Numbered from the stretch's first letter, positions 1-13,129 are shown. The stretch: DNA of 62,291 nucleotides from Chiloscyllium plagiosum (GCF_004010195.1 NC_057728.1:42204892-42267182); one strand, 5' to 3'. Made by a program: numbers and translations. Notes: a model not told the origin generated them from the sequence alone.

Positions 1-286
1 GGAGGGGGAGTTGAAGTGTTGAGCCACGGGGTGGTTGGGTTGGTTGGTCCGGGTGTCCCCGAGGTGTTCTCTGAAACATTCTGCAAGTAGGCGGCCTGTC
101 TCTCCAACCTCCTTCCACCTATCGCATTTCCAACGCCCCTCCCCCAAGTCCCTCCTCCCTACCTTTTATCTTAGCCTGCTTGGCACACTTTCCTCATTCC
201 TGAAGAAGGGCTCATGCCCGAAACTTCGATTCTCCTGCTCCTTGGATGCTGCCTGACCTGCTGCATTTTTCCAGCAACACATTTGC
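1..286. mobile_element. Penelope-like element terminal fragment with hammerhead-like motif (family A)
   Basis: 3' terminal sequence shared with 7300-7516; CTGAAGA-AGGGC-TCAT-GCCC-GAAAC at 200-224. Confidence 0.75.
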
Positions 287-289
287 AGC

Positions 290-1040
290 AATATTCCAAC
301 AATAGCCTAACTAATGTCCTGTAGCCACAACATGAGCTCCCAACTCCTGTATTCAATAGTCTGACCATTAAAGGAAAGCATACCAAACACGTTCTTCACT
401 ATCCTATGTACTTGCGATTCCACTTTCAAGGAGCTATGAACCTGACTCCAACGTTCAGCCACACTCCCCAGGCTGAACTAATGGCTGAACTAATGGTAAG
501 GTCCTGGGGAGTGTGGCTGAACTAATGTTCAGCCACACTCCCCAGGACCTTACCATTAAGTGAATAAGTCCTGCTAAGATTTGCTTTCCCAAAATGCATC
601 AAATCACATTTATCTAAATTAAACTCCATCTGCCACTCCTCAGCCCATTGGTCTATCTGATTAAGATTCCATTGTAATCTGAGGTAACCTTCTTCGCTGT
701 CCACTGCACCTCCAATTTTGGTGTCATCTGCAAACGTACTAACTTATGCTCACATCCAAATCATTTATATAAATGATGAAAAGTAGAGAACCCAGCACTG
801 ATCCTTGTGGCACTCCACTGGTCACAGGCCTCCAGTCTGAAAAACAATGCTCCACCACGACCCTCTGTCTTCTACCTTTGAGCGAGTTCTGTATCGAAAT
901 GGCTAGTTCTCCCTGTATTCTATGAGATCTAACCTTGCTCACCAGTCTCCCATGGGTAACCTCGTTGAACGCCTTACTGAAGTCCATATAGATCACATCT
1001 ACCGCTCTGCCCTCATCAATCCTCTTTGTTACTACTTCAA
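290..1040 (-). mobile_element. CR1 LINE RT fragment
   Basis: Minus-strand ORFs with [27 protein letters not shown] and WAEEWQMEFNLDKC motifs. Confidence 0.92.
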
Positions 1041-1356
1041 AAAAACAATTGAGTGCCCAAATGACTTTTCAGAACAACAATCACTGAACCCTTCAAAAAA
1101 TTAAGGTGTGCCAGTTAAAGAAGTGAGGTCACAACATTGACGTTTTAACAACAGCCTAAAAGGTAAACTTGGCAGAAAGAGTTAGGTGAATACCGATGTA
1201 TATTTTTTAGTTGGGCAATTACTATTCCCATTTTGGTAATCAAACATTTACATCCATATTGACTACAACTTTTGAAAGCCCATTATGTTTATTGTAGGTG
1301 AGAAAACTTAAACCCAGTTGAGAAGAACTAAACTTTCACACTTTGGTTTTTTGCAG

Positions 1357-1452
1357 CTGTTTGTGAACCTGACTGTGGACCACATGGATCTTGTATCGAG
1401 CCCAACAAATGTGAATGCAGGGAAGGCTGGCATGGAAGACACTGTAACAAGA
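1357..1452 (+). CDS. WIF1: WIF1 penultimate coding exon (last EGF-like repeat)
   Basis: Acceptor ttttttgcag| and donor |gtaagt; 96-bp phase 1-1 exon translating (A)[31 protein letters not shown], matching the recalled human WIF1 EGF5 ([31 protein letters not shown]). Missed by the ORF track. Confidence 0.96.
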
Positions 1453-1961
1453 GTAAGTGGGAACGAAAGAGCATGTAGAAACCCTGACCTATTTCACAGC
1501 CTCTTTTGCCAAACAATCTTGAAAACGTATTTGATCTTAGAATGTATTAAATTGCAGGTAATCTGATACATTACAACTAATTACTATGGTTCTTTGTCCT
1601 ACTTAATAGAGATTTATCAAACCAATAAATCACCTCTCGAATAAATTTAATGCTTTAATGCCGGATTTGGTTTCTCTTGAAATCCAAACTTCTGTAGAAC
1701 ATCAAGTAATCATTAAATGGAAATCACAGATAGTTGCTGTAGCTAATTGAGACTGTAAATTGAATGCAGAACATATCCTTGAAATCCTATCAGTCGAGTG
1801 TAGCTTTGTTGACATATTCTTACCGTTATACTCTTGCTGTCTTACTCCAAGTCTATTCTTCCACCAGGTCTGCATTGTAACTGTTCAAAATCACACGAAT
1901 AGTGCAGATGCTAGAGATGTATCAATTGGTTGTTTTTAGCTCACTCTAATTTTTTTTTAAG

Positions 1962-2083
1962 GATATGGAGCCAGCCTAATGAATGCCCTGAGGTCAGCAG
2001 GCTTCAAGCACAGACAGCATACGCCTTTACCTAAGGAGAATGTTGAGAGTCACATACCAGCCGAAACTAATTACATTTGGTAA
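1962..2083 (+). CDS. WIF1: WIF1 terminal coding exon
   Basis: Acceptor ttttttttaag|; in frame with the previous exon it gives RYGASLMNALRSAGFKHRQHTPLPKENVESHIPAETNYIW* (TAA 2081-2083), resembling the WIF1 C-terminus RYEASLIHALRPAG...RQHTP...ESNYIW. Confidence 0.96.
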
Positions 2084-3100
2084 AGGAAAACATCTGAAAC
2101 CTTTTTACTGTATGTACAGTTTACGACTCCACTAACCCCACTGAGTACTAAGTTTAAAAAAAATGTCTGTAATGGAAAAACCACTCCTCTGTTTGCCATA
2201 CTATCCTCAAAACTACGCTTAACATCAGAGCAAAAGCTTTCTAGCTATGGAAACATTCTTTTAATTTTCTGCATTTTAACAGAATCACTGTACATTTTTG
2301 CTGAAATATTTTAATATTTACACTTATGAATTTAAATTAATGAACTTTTAGACAATAGCAACATTTGATGTGGCAATAAATATCAAACAAGTATTATTTA
2401 TACACAGCATCTACTATTTACTGAAGCCAAGGTAGCTGGTGCACTAACTAAGAAGGGGTGCCAGTATATATATTTTAAGTATGTATATACATATTAGTGC
2501 ACAATACATATTGAACAAATTAAATATTCAAAATATTTTAAATTTACATCAACATTGATATTGCCTAGAGATCAAAGGCCACTTAAAGTCAATTCTAGAG
2601 TAATATTAACCAGTTCTGCAAGCCTTTCAAAAGAAAACAAACCTGTTTTTCTACTCTCTTCTGTAGCATGATAGGTTTCACTACAAGTAATGTAATCTAC
2701 AGTCTAGGCTTTTTGCTTTCTGGTAAAAATCTGCAAATATGTTTCTCTGGGATTCTTTGCAAGTGAAGGTGGACTCTAATATATCACCAAAACTCTTAAA
2801 CAAGGCAGTTATATGACAATGCACTAGATGTTTTCATCTGACTAGCTCCAAAGCAAATTTACAAATTGGTTTCTTACATGAGTTGGAGAACCTACATGTG
2901 TAAGTTTCTCATTTTCAGAGTACTGATATTAGCAATCTACATTAAGCTAAATATTATCTTCATGTTTCATTTTATGCGTATTTTATCTAAAAGCTAGAAG
3001 TCATATTTTTTCAATATGTTTCATTTACAAGGCAAATTTAGAAACTGCTGTATGCATCTGTATAAATATGGACAAAATAAAGGCTTCATATCTTTCAGAA
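2084..3100 (+). promoter_or_regulatory. WIF1: Probable WIF1 3' UTR with candidate polyA signals
   Basis: Repeat-free AT-rich sequence after the stop; AATAAA at 2375-2380 and 3076-3081. True 3' end unknown. Confidence 0.6.
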
Positions 3101-3756
3101 TTTGTGTTTAAGTCTGGGTGCAATATGACAATGTTTATTAGCTGCAAATTGGTTTCCATTCCTTATAATTGTATGCTGTTACATCTATGTTCAACAGGTA
3201 GGAATATTCAGCTATCATCTCACAAATCTAATATGTTGCCAATTAATACTAAACTACTTCCAAACAATAGTCATTTGTCCTAACCAATGCCTAGCCATCT
3301 TTAGAAGGTCAAATAGGCATGTTGCAATAACCTTCATGTTGCAGGATTTCCTAATCTTAATTTTATTTATAAAAATGCTGACAGCAAATAATAACTGGTT
3401 TTCAGTATTTGAATATAACTGGTTCTCTCTTGCAAACTATTTAAATATATTTTTATTTTTAAATTTAACTTCCTGAAAATGAAAGGGTATATCCAATCAT
3501 TCTGATTTCCAGCATTCACAATTCTTTGGTTTACTTTTGTATATGAAGAGATTGTTTAATATTTAAGCATATGAAGAAAAACCTGAATGAAAATTAGTAG
3601 AAATGAGTATTGTACAATTTTTCACAATGTAACTGTTTAAGACTGATGATCATTTTACTGCCAAATATTTGGATTACATGTCTGTTTGGGAAGGCCACAG
3701 ATACACATTGAAAAAGGTAATATTGTAACTAAGTATGTCCTTTCCCACTTCATTCA

Positions 3757-3977
3757 GAGGTGTGATTAGCTCACTTGGCTGGATGGCTGCTTTGTGATAG
3801 AGTGATGCCAACCGCATAGGTTCATTCCTGCACTTGCTGAGGTGACCATGAAGGATTCTCCTCAACCTCTCCCCTTGCTTAAGGCATGGTGACTCTCTGG
3901 TTAAACCACCACCAGTTGCCTATCTCTGATGAGCTAGCAGCCCTTTCGTCTGGTAAGACTATGACAGCTTTACCTTT
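3757..3977 (+). mobile_element. tRNA-derived SINE (second copy at ~42250-42690)
   Basis: A-box-like TAGCTCACTTGG, B-box-like GGTTCATTCC; homologous to 42250-42690 (TAGCTCAGTTGG...GGTTAAACC). Confidence 0.65.
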
Positions 3978-4594
3978 GGAGTTTGAATGCTGGGACAAGC
4001 ACAGTCATGACATTTTGGGGAAACTGAGTTGTGGGATTGGAGAACAATGCAATGTGTGTTTGGTTGTCAAATAACTTAAATGAAGGCAATCTCAGGCACA
4101 ATTCAGTAAATTATTAGTATGTGACATTTTAAATTGTGTTCAATACCATGTTTGGACAAAAATGATTACTACTGTTTTCAGAATGGATTAAAGTGGCTTG
4201 TGAGTAAAGGATCATTCAGTACCACCACAATTTTACAGTAACCATTCATGGTCAATGTTATAACTTGACAGTAAAATACTGAAAGAGTAGGTTTGTCCAA
4301 GAATGGCTTAGGAGTCAGGGATCTCATTCAAATGCACAATCTTTATTCAAGCACATGCAAGGAGAAACCCCACTCTTGCAGTGATAGGAAGAATTTCACC
4401 AGTACAATGTTTTAAGCAACAAATTTATTTTTGACCAGCTCCTTCAGTTTTCATCAGATCTTTACATCTGACTTTCCCTCTTCCCAGTATAGTCTCTTTA
4501 AAATCATTTTTTAATATGGCTTATCTTTTCTCTAAATCTCATGTCCTCTTAATTAGATCTTCTCATCTCATTCTTTGTCTCAGGCACTGTACAA

Positions 4595-4775
4595 GAATAG
4601 TACAGTTCTGGTCCCCATATTTCGGGAAGGATGTGGAAGCGTTGGAAAAGATGCAGAGGAGATTTACCAGGAGGTTGCCTGGTCTGGAGGGAAGGTCTTA
4701 TGAGGAAAGGCTGAGAGACTTGAACCTGTTCTCATTGGCAAGAAGAAGGCTAAGAGGGGATTTGACAGAGACATA
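4595..4775 (+). mobile_element. CR1 ORF2 C-terminal fragment
   Basis: VQFWSPYFGKDVEALEKMQRRFTRRLPGLEGRSYEERL...RRLRGDL. Confidence 0.9.
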
Positions 4776-5318
4776 GGTGGGCGAAGGTAGATGGTTGGGA
4801 TAGGTTGCTGGGAAGGAAGATGGATGGGTAGGTCAGGCCAAAAGGGCGGTGCTAAGTCAGAGAGTTGGATCTGGGATGGGGTGGGGATTAAGGAGATTTG
4901 GAAACTGGTGAATTCAATATTGAGGTTGTGTGGTTGTTGGGTTCTGAGGCAGAAGATGAAGTGTTCTTCCTCCAGTTTGTGGGTGGCCTTGTTTAGGCAG
5001 TGAAGGAGGACATGTCTGCTGAGATCCTTACGGTGGGAGGAGGAAAACTTCAAGGTGGGCATTCTTGGAAGATGCTTCACCGTATGGTTTGCACAATCAC
5101 CTCTTACCTTCATTCACCTATTGCCATCCCACCTACCTTTCCCTTAGCACAACCCCCACATTTATATCTCAACCCTGTTCTCCCTCCCCAGTCCCGATGA
5201 CGAGCTTTGCCTGAAATGTCGACTCTCACTTCTCAGATGCTGCCTGGCCTGCTGTGCCTTTTCCAGCAGGAAACTTTGACTCTGACTCTCCAGCATTTGC
5301 AGTCCTCACTATCTCCAA
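4776..5318. mobile_element. Penelope-like element 3' region with inverted segment
   Basis: Minus-strand KLEEEHFIFCLRTQQP resembles + strand LEEERLIFRLRTLQP at 7084; the + portion ends in the family A terminal motif (5195-5225). Confidence 0.75.
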
Positions 5319-6285
5319 GTTATAATGAGAGAAAAGCAGGCAATAAAAACTACCTTGGGAGAGTTAAATAGAAAAATATTTAAGGCTACATTGGAAGTTG
5401 TGTCCAGGCACCTTGCTGCCCTTGGTAATAGCTCTGGAATGTATTAATGCAGAGATTAGATAAACACGCTGTAGTGGCAGAGGTTTTAATGGCAGAGAGG
5501 TGCTTGTCAAGCAGAAAGATGGGTTGGATCTTGTCTTGTGATTATGTGCAGCTCAGCTCACTACCTACACATGTGTGGGAAACAGCAAATCTCATGTTTG
5601 GGCTAGCAGGAAGTCTGCCCTCATGTCAAGAACATCACTGCAGAATGCAGACTTCAAGCAGAGTTAAGTTTGGTTAGTGGTGAGTCAGGGTGAAGTGGGG
5701 ATATTTATACTTGTCATTCAGCAACTGGCTTCTCCTTTGGGGAAGTGGAAGGAGCTGTTGATGAGTAACTAGTAAGTGATTCTACTTGTTATAAGTAGTC
5801 GGTCCAGTTAAAGCGTGGAATGGTGGTTCGACTAAGTGGAATGTACAGTCTTTGGGATTTGGGAAGTTATGCATACACCATGTATCTAAGAGAAATGTAT
5901 CGGCAGGAAATGTCACCATCTGAACAAACTGCTGTTCTGGGTTTTGGAGCTCGAGAGGAGGTTGAGTCTCTTGTGTATTGTGAGGCAGAGGACTATGTGG
6001 ATATTATCTTCACCATGGATATCCAATCCCTCTACACCTCCATCCGCCATGACCAGGACCTCCAAGCCCTCCGTTTTTTCCTCTCCTGACGTCCCCAGCA
6101 GTACCCTTCCACCAACACTCTCATTTGTTTGGCTGAACTGGTCCTCACCCTTAACAATTTCTTCTTCAAATCCTCCCACTTCCTCCAGACCAAAGGGGTA
6201 ACCATGGGCACACGTATGGGCCCCAGCTATGCCTGTCTCTTTGTTGGCTACGTAGAATAGTCGATCTTCCATAATTACACCAGCA

Positions 6286-7081
6286 NNNNNNNNNNNNNNN
6301 NNNNNNNNNNNNNNNNNNNNNNNNNNNNNNNNNNNNNNNNNNNNNNNNNNNNNNNNNNNNNNNNNNNNNNNNNNNNNNNNNNNNNNNNNNNNNNNNNNNN
6401 NNNNNNNNNNNNNNNNNNNNNNNNNNNNNNNNNNNNNNNNNNNNNNNNNNNNNNNNNNNNNNNNNNNNNNNNNNNNNNNNNNNNNNNNNNNNNNNNNNNN
6501 NNNNNNNNNNNNNNNNNNNNNNNNNNNNNNNNNNNNNNNNNNNNNNNNNNNNNNNNNNNNNNNNNNNNNNNNNNNNNNNNNNNNNNNNNNNNNNNNNNNN
6601 NNNNNNNNNNNNNNNNNNNNNNNNNNNNNNNNNNNNNNNNNNNNNNNNNNNNNNNNNNNNNNNNNNNNNNNNNNNNNNNNNNNNNNNNNNNNNNNNNNNN
6701 NNNNNNNNNNNNNNNNNNNNNNNNNNNNNNNNNNNNNNNNNNNNNNNNNNNNNNNNNNNNNNNNNNNNNNNNNNNNNNNNNNNNNNNNNNNNNNNNNNNN
6801 NNNNNNNNNNNNNNNNNNNNNNNNNNNNNNNNNNNNNNNNNNNNNNNNNNNNNNNNNNNNNNNNNNNNNNNNNNNNNNNNNNNNNNNNNNNNNNNNNNNN
6901 NNNNNNNNNNNNNNNNNNNNNNNNNNNNNNNNNNNNNNNNNNNNNNNNNNNNNNNNNNNNNNNNNNNNNNNNNNNNNNNNNNNNNNNNNNNNNNNNNNNN
7001 NNNNNNNNNNNNNNNNNNNNNNNNNNNNNNNNNNNNNNNNNNNNNNNNNNNNNNNNNNNNNNNNNNNNNNNNNNNNNNNNN
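6286..7081. other. Assembly gap (796 N)
   Basis: Run of N inside the Penelope element. Confidence 1.
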
Positions 7082-7385
7082 ACCTGGAGGAAGAACGCCT
7101 CATCTTCCGCCTCAGAACACTTCAACCCCAGGGCATCAATGTGGACTTCAACAGTTTCCTCATTCCCCCTTCCCCCACCTTACCCTAGTTCCAAACTTCC
7201 AGCTCAGCACTGTCCCCATGACTTGTCCTACCTGCCTATCTTATTTTCCACCTATCCACTCCACCCTCCTCCCTGATCTATCACCTTCATCCCCTCCCCC
7301 ACTCGCCTATTGTACTCTATGCTACTTTCGCCCCACCACCACCCTCCTCTAGCTTATCTCTCCACCCTTCAGGCTCTCTGTCTTT

Positions 7386-7420
7386 ATTCCTGATGAAGGG
7401 CTTTTGCCCGAAATGTCGAT
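7386..7420 (+). ncRNA. Minimal hammerhead ribozyme motif, family A
   Basis: ATTC-CTGATGA-A-GGGC-TTTT-GCCC-GAAA-T-GTC-GAT: core boxes CUGAUGA and GAAA, 4-bp stem II, GUC triplet. Confidence 0.7.
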
Positions 7421-7519
7421 TTTACTGCTCCTCGCATGCTGCCTGATCTGCTGTGCTCTTCCAGCACCACTAATCCAGAATCTGGTTTCCAGCATCTGCA
7501 GTGATTGTTTTTACCTAGT

Positions 7520-9815
7520 TGACTATGTGGATAGCCTGTTTAAGGAGGTGATCACACCACAGCTTCAGGATGTGCAGGCGGCCAAAGAAAGCCAGTGGTT
7601 TCAAGAAAACCAGTCAGGTCATGCACGAGTACCTCACAGTGATCTCACTTACAAATTGGTTTTCCATTTTGCATACAGGAAAGGTTGGTTTCCCAAAATG
7701 TCCAGTTATAGCCAAGTCAATGGCACCATGTTGTGGTTCAACTCTACAGGGTCTAGGAAGAAGTGTGGAAGAGCTCCTGACATTGGATTCTTTAATTGGA
7801 GGAATAGTCAAACATTTCTGTGATCATAAACGTGACTTCAGGGTAATTATATTTCCTCCCTGTTGCAAAGGTTAAGAATGACTGCAGGACTTTCTTCACA
7901 TGGTTGTGGGCCCTGTCCATCCCAATATCTTAGATAGGAAAGAGGGGATGAGGTCCTGAAAGCAGAAGATCAGAAAGCAGTACCTCCAAAGCAGTAATTA
8001 TTGGATTACTTCCAGTGCCTGTCCTAGCAAGCGTAGCAACAAAGAATTGAGTGATTGAACACATGACTGGAAAATTAATGCAGTACGTCAGAATTCTGAG
8101 GCATTAGGACCAGTTCTAGAGTAGGTGGACCTGTTCAAGATGAATGGGCTGTTCAAGATGGAATGGTAGGTCTGGGGCTAACATCCCAGGAATTTTGTTC
8201 ATGTTGTTAGGGAGAGTTTAAATCACATTGGCAGAGTGATGGTAACCCAAGAGGGAGCTCAGATTCAAGGGAAGCAAGACTAATAAAAAGAAGTGGAAGA
8301 GTGGCAAACAAAAACAAATGATGCAATGGTGAGCATCAAATAGAATCAGAATGGGATATAATGTTAAAAAGACTGAATTAAAGGCACTCTATCTGAACAC
8401 ATGTAGAATTGACAAAAATGTTTGATTTGAACACATAAATTGAGTTAAAATGATATTACACAATTGTTGTTATGGAGGCCTAAGTACAAGATGACAGATT
8501 GGGAACCAAACATTCAAGGATATTGTACATTTAGAAGGATTTAAAAAAAAAAGTGGGGTTGCAATCCTAATAAGAGATGATAGCTGTATATTGGAAAGAG
8601 AGGATCTTCAATTATAGTATCAAGATGTAGAATCAGTCTGGGTAGACTTCAGCAGCAGACAGTAAAAGGCAATACTTTAAAAAAAAACTAGCTGGATTGA
8701 GGGTTGATATCTCCTGGACTAAGCTTTGTCCCACAGTATTGAAGGATGTAGCAACAAATATAGTGAATGCATTTGTGGTTACCTTGCATAATTATATAGG
8801 TTCAGAAAAGTTCATGCTGACCGGAGGTTAGTACATAGAACCTCACTACGTAAGGAGAGAGGAACAGGGAGATGAAGAATGACAGATTCATTAGGTTGCC
8901 ATCTTTAGAAGGAAATATGTTAAGAATCTATTACTAAGGATGTGATAATGAAAGTTTTTAAGAAGGAACTGTAAAATCAGTAGAAGCAGCATGGATTTAA
9001 AAAGGGGAAATCATGTTTGACAAGCTTATTGAGGTTATTTGAGGATGTTACATGTAACATAGATGAAGGAGAACTAGGAGATATGGTGCATTTGGATTTT
9101 CAGAAGGCTTAGGTAACCTTCCATGTAGGCGAAGAGTAAATAAAATTAGATGCATAGAATTAGAGAGTGTATATAAGTATGGATTGAGAATTGGTTAACA
9201 GAAAGGGAGAAATAATAGATCATTCTCAGAATAATAGCGGTTACCTTTCGGATTGTATAAGGGTCAGTGCTTGCTCAATAACTGTTTGCAATGTATATGG
9301 ATGATTTAAATGTGTGGATTAATTGTATTTTATCCCAAACTTGCTGTTGATGCCAAACTGGGGAGAAAAGGTCATTTGTGAGGTGGGGAAAGAGAGAGTT
9401 CAAGAGAAGTTAGACAAGATAACAGTATGGTCTAGACCATAACAGATGAAATATAATGTGAATGTGTGAAGGTATTAACTCTCAATTAGTGAAAGCTTGA
9501 GATGTCCAGGTGATTCTTATATGTCCTTGTCCATGAGTTACAAAATGCCAGTATGCAGGTACAGCAAGTTATTAGAAAGGCAAGTGTTGTGTAGGCATTC
9601 ATTTAAAAGGGATTTGAGTAGAGAAATAAATGTCTTGCTGAGGTTGTATAGAGCCTTGCTGATACCTCAGCCACAGTATTATGTACATCTTTCATCTCTT
9701 TAACTAAGAAAGGATGTACTTGCCATAGAGAGGGAGTGCAATGGAGATTTAAAAGATTAAACCGTGGGATGGCAAGATTGTGTTATGATGAGTGATTGAG
9801 GATACTGACTCTGTA
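7520..9815 (+). mobile_element. Old, heavily decayed CR1 LINE
   Basis: Degenerate endonuclease/RT remnants (HGF.KGKSCLTSL; LDFQKA at ~9090; LLRLYRAL ORF 9497-9703). Confidence 0.75.
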
Positions 9816-10195
9816 TTCTGAATGGCCTACTCCTGTTTCAACTTCCCTTCCTATGTTTTTCCCCTCTCAGCAGCTTTGCAAAACCCTCATTTCAATCTCC
9901 ATGATCCCTCCATTGATACCTATGACCCTATCCTTTACCCAGCTTTCTTGCCTGCTAACCATCCCATTCTTATCAATAATGATTTTAACCTAGCATCCTT
10001 GTTGTGGTTGTGTAGTGGTTTCCTCTGGCAAATGCCGGAGGAAAGATTACAGAAGTGCTTCACAGGAGGCTCCCAAGCACTGAGGATGTCACCTAGACAG
10101 GGGACGAAACATCTGCAACGCAAATTCCCAGCTCAGCAAACACAACCACAACAATGAGCACCCGAGCTACAAATTTTCTCACAAACTTTGAACAC
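9816..10195 (+). mobile_element. Penelope-like terminal fragment (family B)
   Basis: Ends in AGCTCAGC...GAGCTACAAAT shared with 14990-15050 and 36810-36870; contains a hammerhead motif. Confidence 0.7.
10077..10116 (+). ncRNA. Minimal hammerhead ribozyme motif, family B
   Basis: GCA-CTGAGGA-T-GTCACC-TAGACA-GGGGAC-GAAAC-ATC-TGC: stem I GCA/TGC, 6-bp stem II with one mismatch. Confidence 0.65.
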
Positions 10196-11254
10196 CTAGC
10201 ATCCCTGCCTTCTCTGCATGTTGTTATCCCAGAGAAATGGAGTCTTCCTCCCTGATTCAAAATTAAAAGTCAGCAAATTAACTAATTAAAAATATATTGT
10301 TCTGAAACTGACAATACATTTCACAAGGATTTTTATACCAAGGTTTTAAAGGAAAACGATGAAAACATTGCCTAACTATAATCTCCCAAGGGTAACTTGA
10401 TTGAGAAACCATTCTTTTAAGTTGTAAAGTTACACCTCATTCTTCTGGATAGAGTTAAGAAGGGTCACCTTGAAATGATAGACTAGTTGACATGTAGTTG
10501 CTAAATTACTGGAGGCAATAATTAAGGATTGGAGCAACAGAACACCATGAAAGTTTCATGGGTGATCAGAAAGAACCAGCATGGATTTTAAACAATACAA
10601 AATGTTGGAACTACTGAAGGTCAATAGAAACAGTTACTGAAATGTAGGGCAAAATCTTATCAAGCACTGAACAGTGTGGGCTATGGTGATAAATCTGGGA
10701 GAATTGAGACAGAATTAGTGCGAGACCTTTCTTGACAGCAAGAGCAAATTATGGCATTTTCCAATATACAGATCCACTGAAGAGACCAGATTCTCATCAG
10801 AGAGCAACAAGATGCCAATTAACAGGAGTTATTGCTTGTTAACAGTTTCATTAACTCAGTTGCCTCAGTAACAAGCAGTTTCCTGTTCTACAGCCTGCCA
10901 TGAGGGAATGAGAAATGACTAATTCCCTAGATGAAAGTTGCGAGTAGGTGCCAGGCGACTTCGATTCACTACTTGCTTCTCTGGACCACCATCTTGCAAC
11001 CTGTCACAGTTGCACGAACCACATGCTTCACCTACATCCCCAAATTCACAGATGCTGACATCTGACAACTAGTAGCTTTCTAGATCCCTCATGGCACCTT
11101 TAGAATCCTTTATGATCCACTTACAGGTTGCACATTAAAACTGTACCTGAGGGCATACTGGAGTTTAAATTAATTACAGAGCAATGGGTCAGAGAGATGT
11201 TCACAGCTTTATGCTGTTTTTATATCTTTCTATGATCTGCCTATATATCTATTC

Positions 11255-11463
11255 GGACAAAATGAGAACTGTAGATGTTGGAGACCAGAGTTGAAAAATG
11301 TGGTGCTGGAAAAACACAGGCCAGGCATCATCGAGGAGCAAGAGAATCGACGTTTTGGGCATTAGCCCTTCTTCAGGAGGCCTCCTGAATCAAAACATCG
11401 ATTCTTCTCCTCCTCGGATGCTGTCTGGCCTGCTGTGTTTTTCCAGCACCACATTTTTCAACT
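11255..11463. mobile_element. Short fold-back PLE derivative (family A)
   Basis: Inverted arms GTTGAAAAATGTGGTGCTGGAAAAACACAG / CTGTGTTTTTCCAGCACCACATTTTTCAAC around a hammerhead-like core. Confidence 0.8.
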
Positions 11464-11489
11464 ATATATCTATTCCTCTATTTCCTGCT

Positions 11490-12680
11490 GGCTAACGGTT
11501 GGTCTATAGTATAACCCATATAGCCTCACTCTTTATACAGCAATGACATTCTCCTTAAATCAGTAATGCAACTCCACCTACTTGTTTTACATCCCTTTCT
11601 ATCACATTTGAAACATCTAAACTCCAAAATGTTGAGCTGCCAGTCCTGCCTTTCACTCAATCAAGTTTCTATAATGGCTTTAACATTATAGTTCCATGTG
11701 TTAATCCAGGCTCTAAGCTCACCTGTTATACCCCTTGCATTAAAATAATTCCATTACATTTCAGACTGACAGTCATGTTCATTAACCTACCCTTGCTTTG
11801 TCCTTCCTTTTAGACTTAATCTCTACCCTTTTAACCTCTATCACTCATCATGCTGACCTAAAGTTCTGGTTCCCACGCCCTGCCACACTAGTTTAAACCC
11901 TCCTGAGTGGCACTATCAAACCTCCCTGCCAGGATATTGATGTCCCTCCAGTTGAGGTGCAACCTATCATTCTTATACAAATCTCCCGTGTGTTAGAAGA
12001 GATCCCAATGATTCAGATATCTGAAACTCTTCCTCATACACCAGTTCTTCAACCGCATATTCAACTTTAATATCTTCCTATTTCTGGCTGCCTAGCACAT
12101 GGCACAGGGAGTAGTCTGAGATTCTGAAATTACGATCTTAGAGATCCTGCTTTTCAATTTTCTACCAAATTCTGAATTCCCTGTGCAGAACCTCCTCTCG
12201 ATTCCAGCCTGTGTTGTTAATGCTGACAGGGGCCGTGACCTATGGCAGCTCACCATGGAGACAGCACACTATCCTGGAGTCTCACTTGCAGCCACAGAAA
12301 TGCCTATTTGTGCTACTGACTATAGAGTCCCTTATCAATACTGCTTACCTTCATTTCAATCCTGCCTGCTGTACAACAGAGCCGATGATCTGGTTGCTGC
12401 TGTTGTTTTCTTCAAGACACCATTCCCCCCCCAGCGTATCCAAAACGGTCTACTTGTTTGAAATGGGAATAGCCACGGGGACTCCTGGACTGCCTGTCTG
12501 GCTCAGCCTTGACCACATCCCGGAAATTCCTATCTATAAAATGTTCTGCTTCCTGTATGACCGTCAGTGACTCCAACTGTCCCAACCAATCCATGCAGTC
12601 TGAAAGAAGCTGCAGGTGGACATACTTCCTGCAGACATTGTTAAGGACATTAGCCCTCTCACTGAGGAATATCCCAAATC
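11490..12680 (-). mobile_element. CR1 5' region (ORF1 and endonuclease start), decayed
   Basis: Similar to 36360-37400 (e.g. TACTTGTTTGAAATGGG shared) and 30780-31740. Confidence 0.7.
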
Positions 12681-13129
12681 TCCAAGTGGTGGATGTGGGT
12701 ATAGTTATAATATTTAAGATGTTTGGATGTTCATGAATAAGAAATGTTTGGAGGGATATGGGCCAAGCGCAAGTGAGACTAGTTTAGTTTGGAAATGTGG
12801 TTGGCATGGACTGGTTGGACTGATGGATCAGTTTCTGTCCTCCAAGACACTGACTCAAGTGAGCATACCACTCCATTAACTGTCATTATTACTCCTCTAA
12901 TAACTATTGGATTTAGAGAAAAGAAAAAAACCTTGCCTTGCCTTAATGCTACTCACCAAAGCCTGCACTTTAACCACAACAGTTACATTTTTGACTTCTC
13001 AGTCCTCTGAAATACCTCCCTTTTATGTACTGCTGGTAGGAAGGAAAAACCTCTCCCAAAATCTTCCTCAGTCACTTCTCATTATTGGCCTCTATTGGAT
13101 GCCTTTCTTCCTGTTGAACACCGGGGAAA

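Larger units (their letters stand above)
6005..7516 (+). mobile_element. Penelope-like element (RT, gap, C-terminus, terminal repeat)
   Basis: IFTMDIQSLYTSI...LVLTLNNF...QTKGVTMGTRMGPSYACLFVG are PLE RT motifs, with stops; terminal hammerhead motif at 7386-7420. Confidence 0.88.

Noticed and set aside
1290..1303. TTGTAG|GTGAG, resembling a recursive splice site upstream of the WIF1 exon
   Set aside because: Weak polypyrimidine tract and only ~58 nt from the true acceptor; plausible by chance.
1318..1566. 82-aa ORF overlapping the WIF1 exon
   Set aside because: Wrong frame; the real exon is 1357-1452 and encodes an EGF repeat.
5913..7125. Long 396-aa and 319-aa ORFs
   Set aside because: Artefacts of translating through the N gap, antisense to a Penelope RT.
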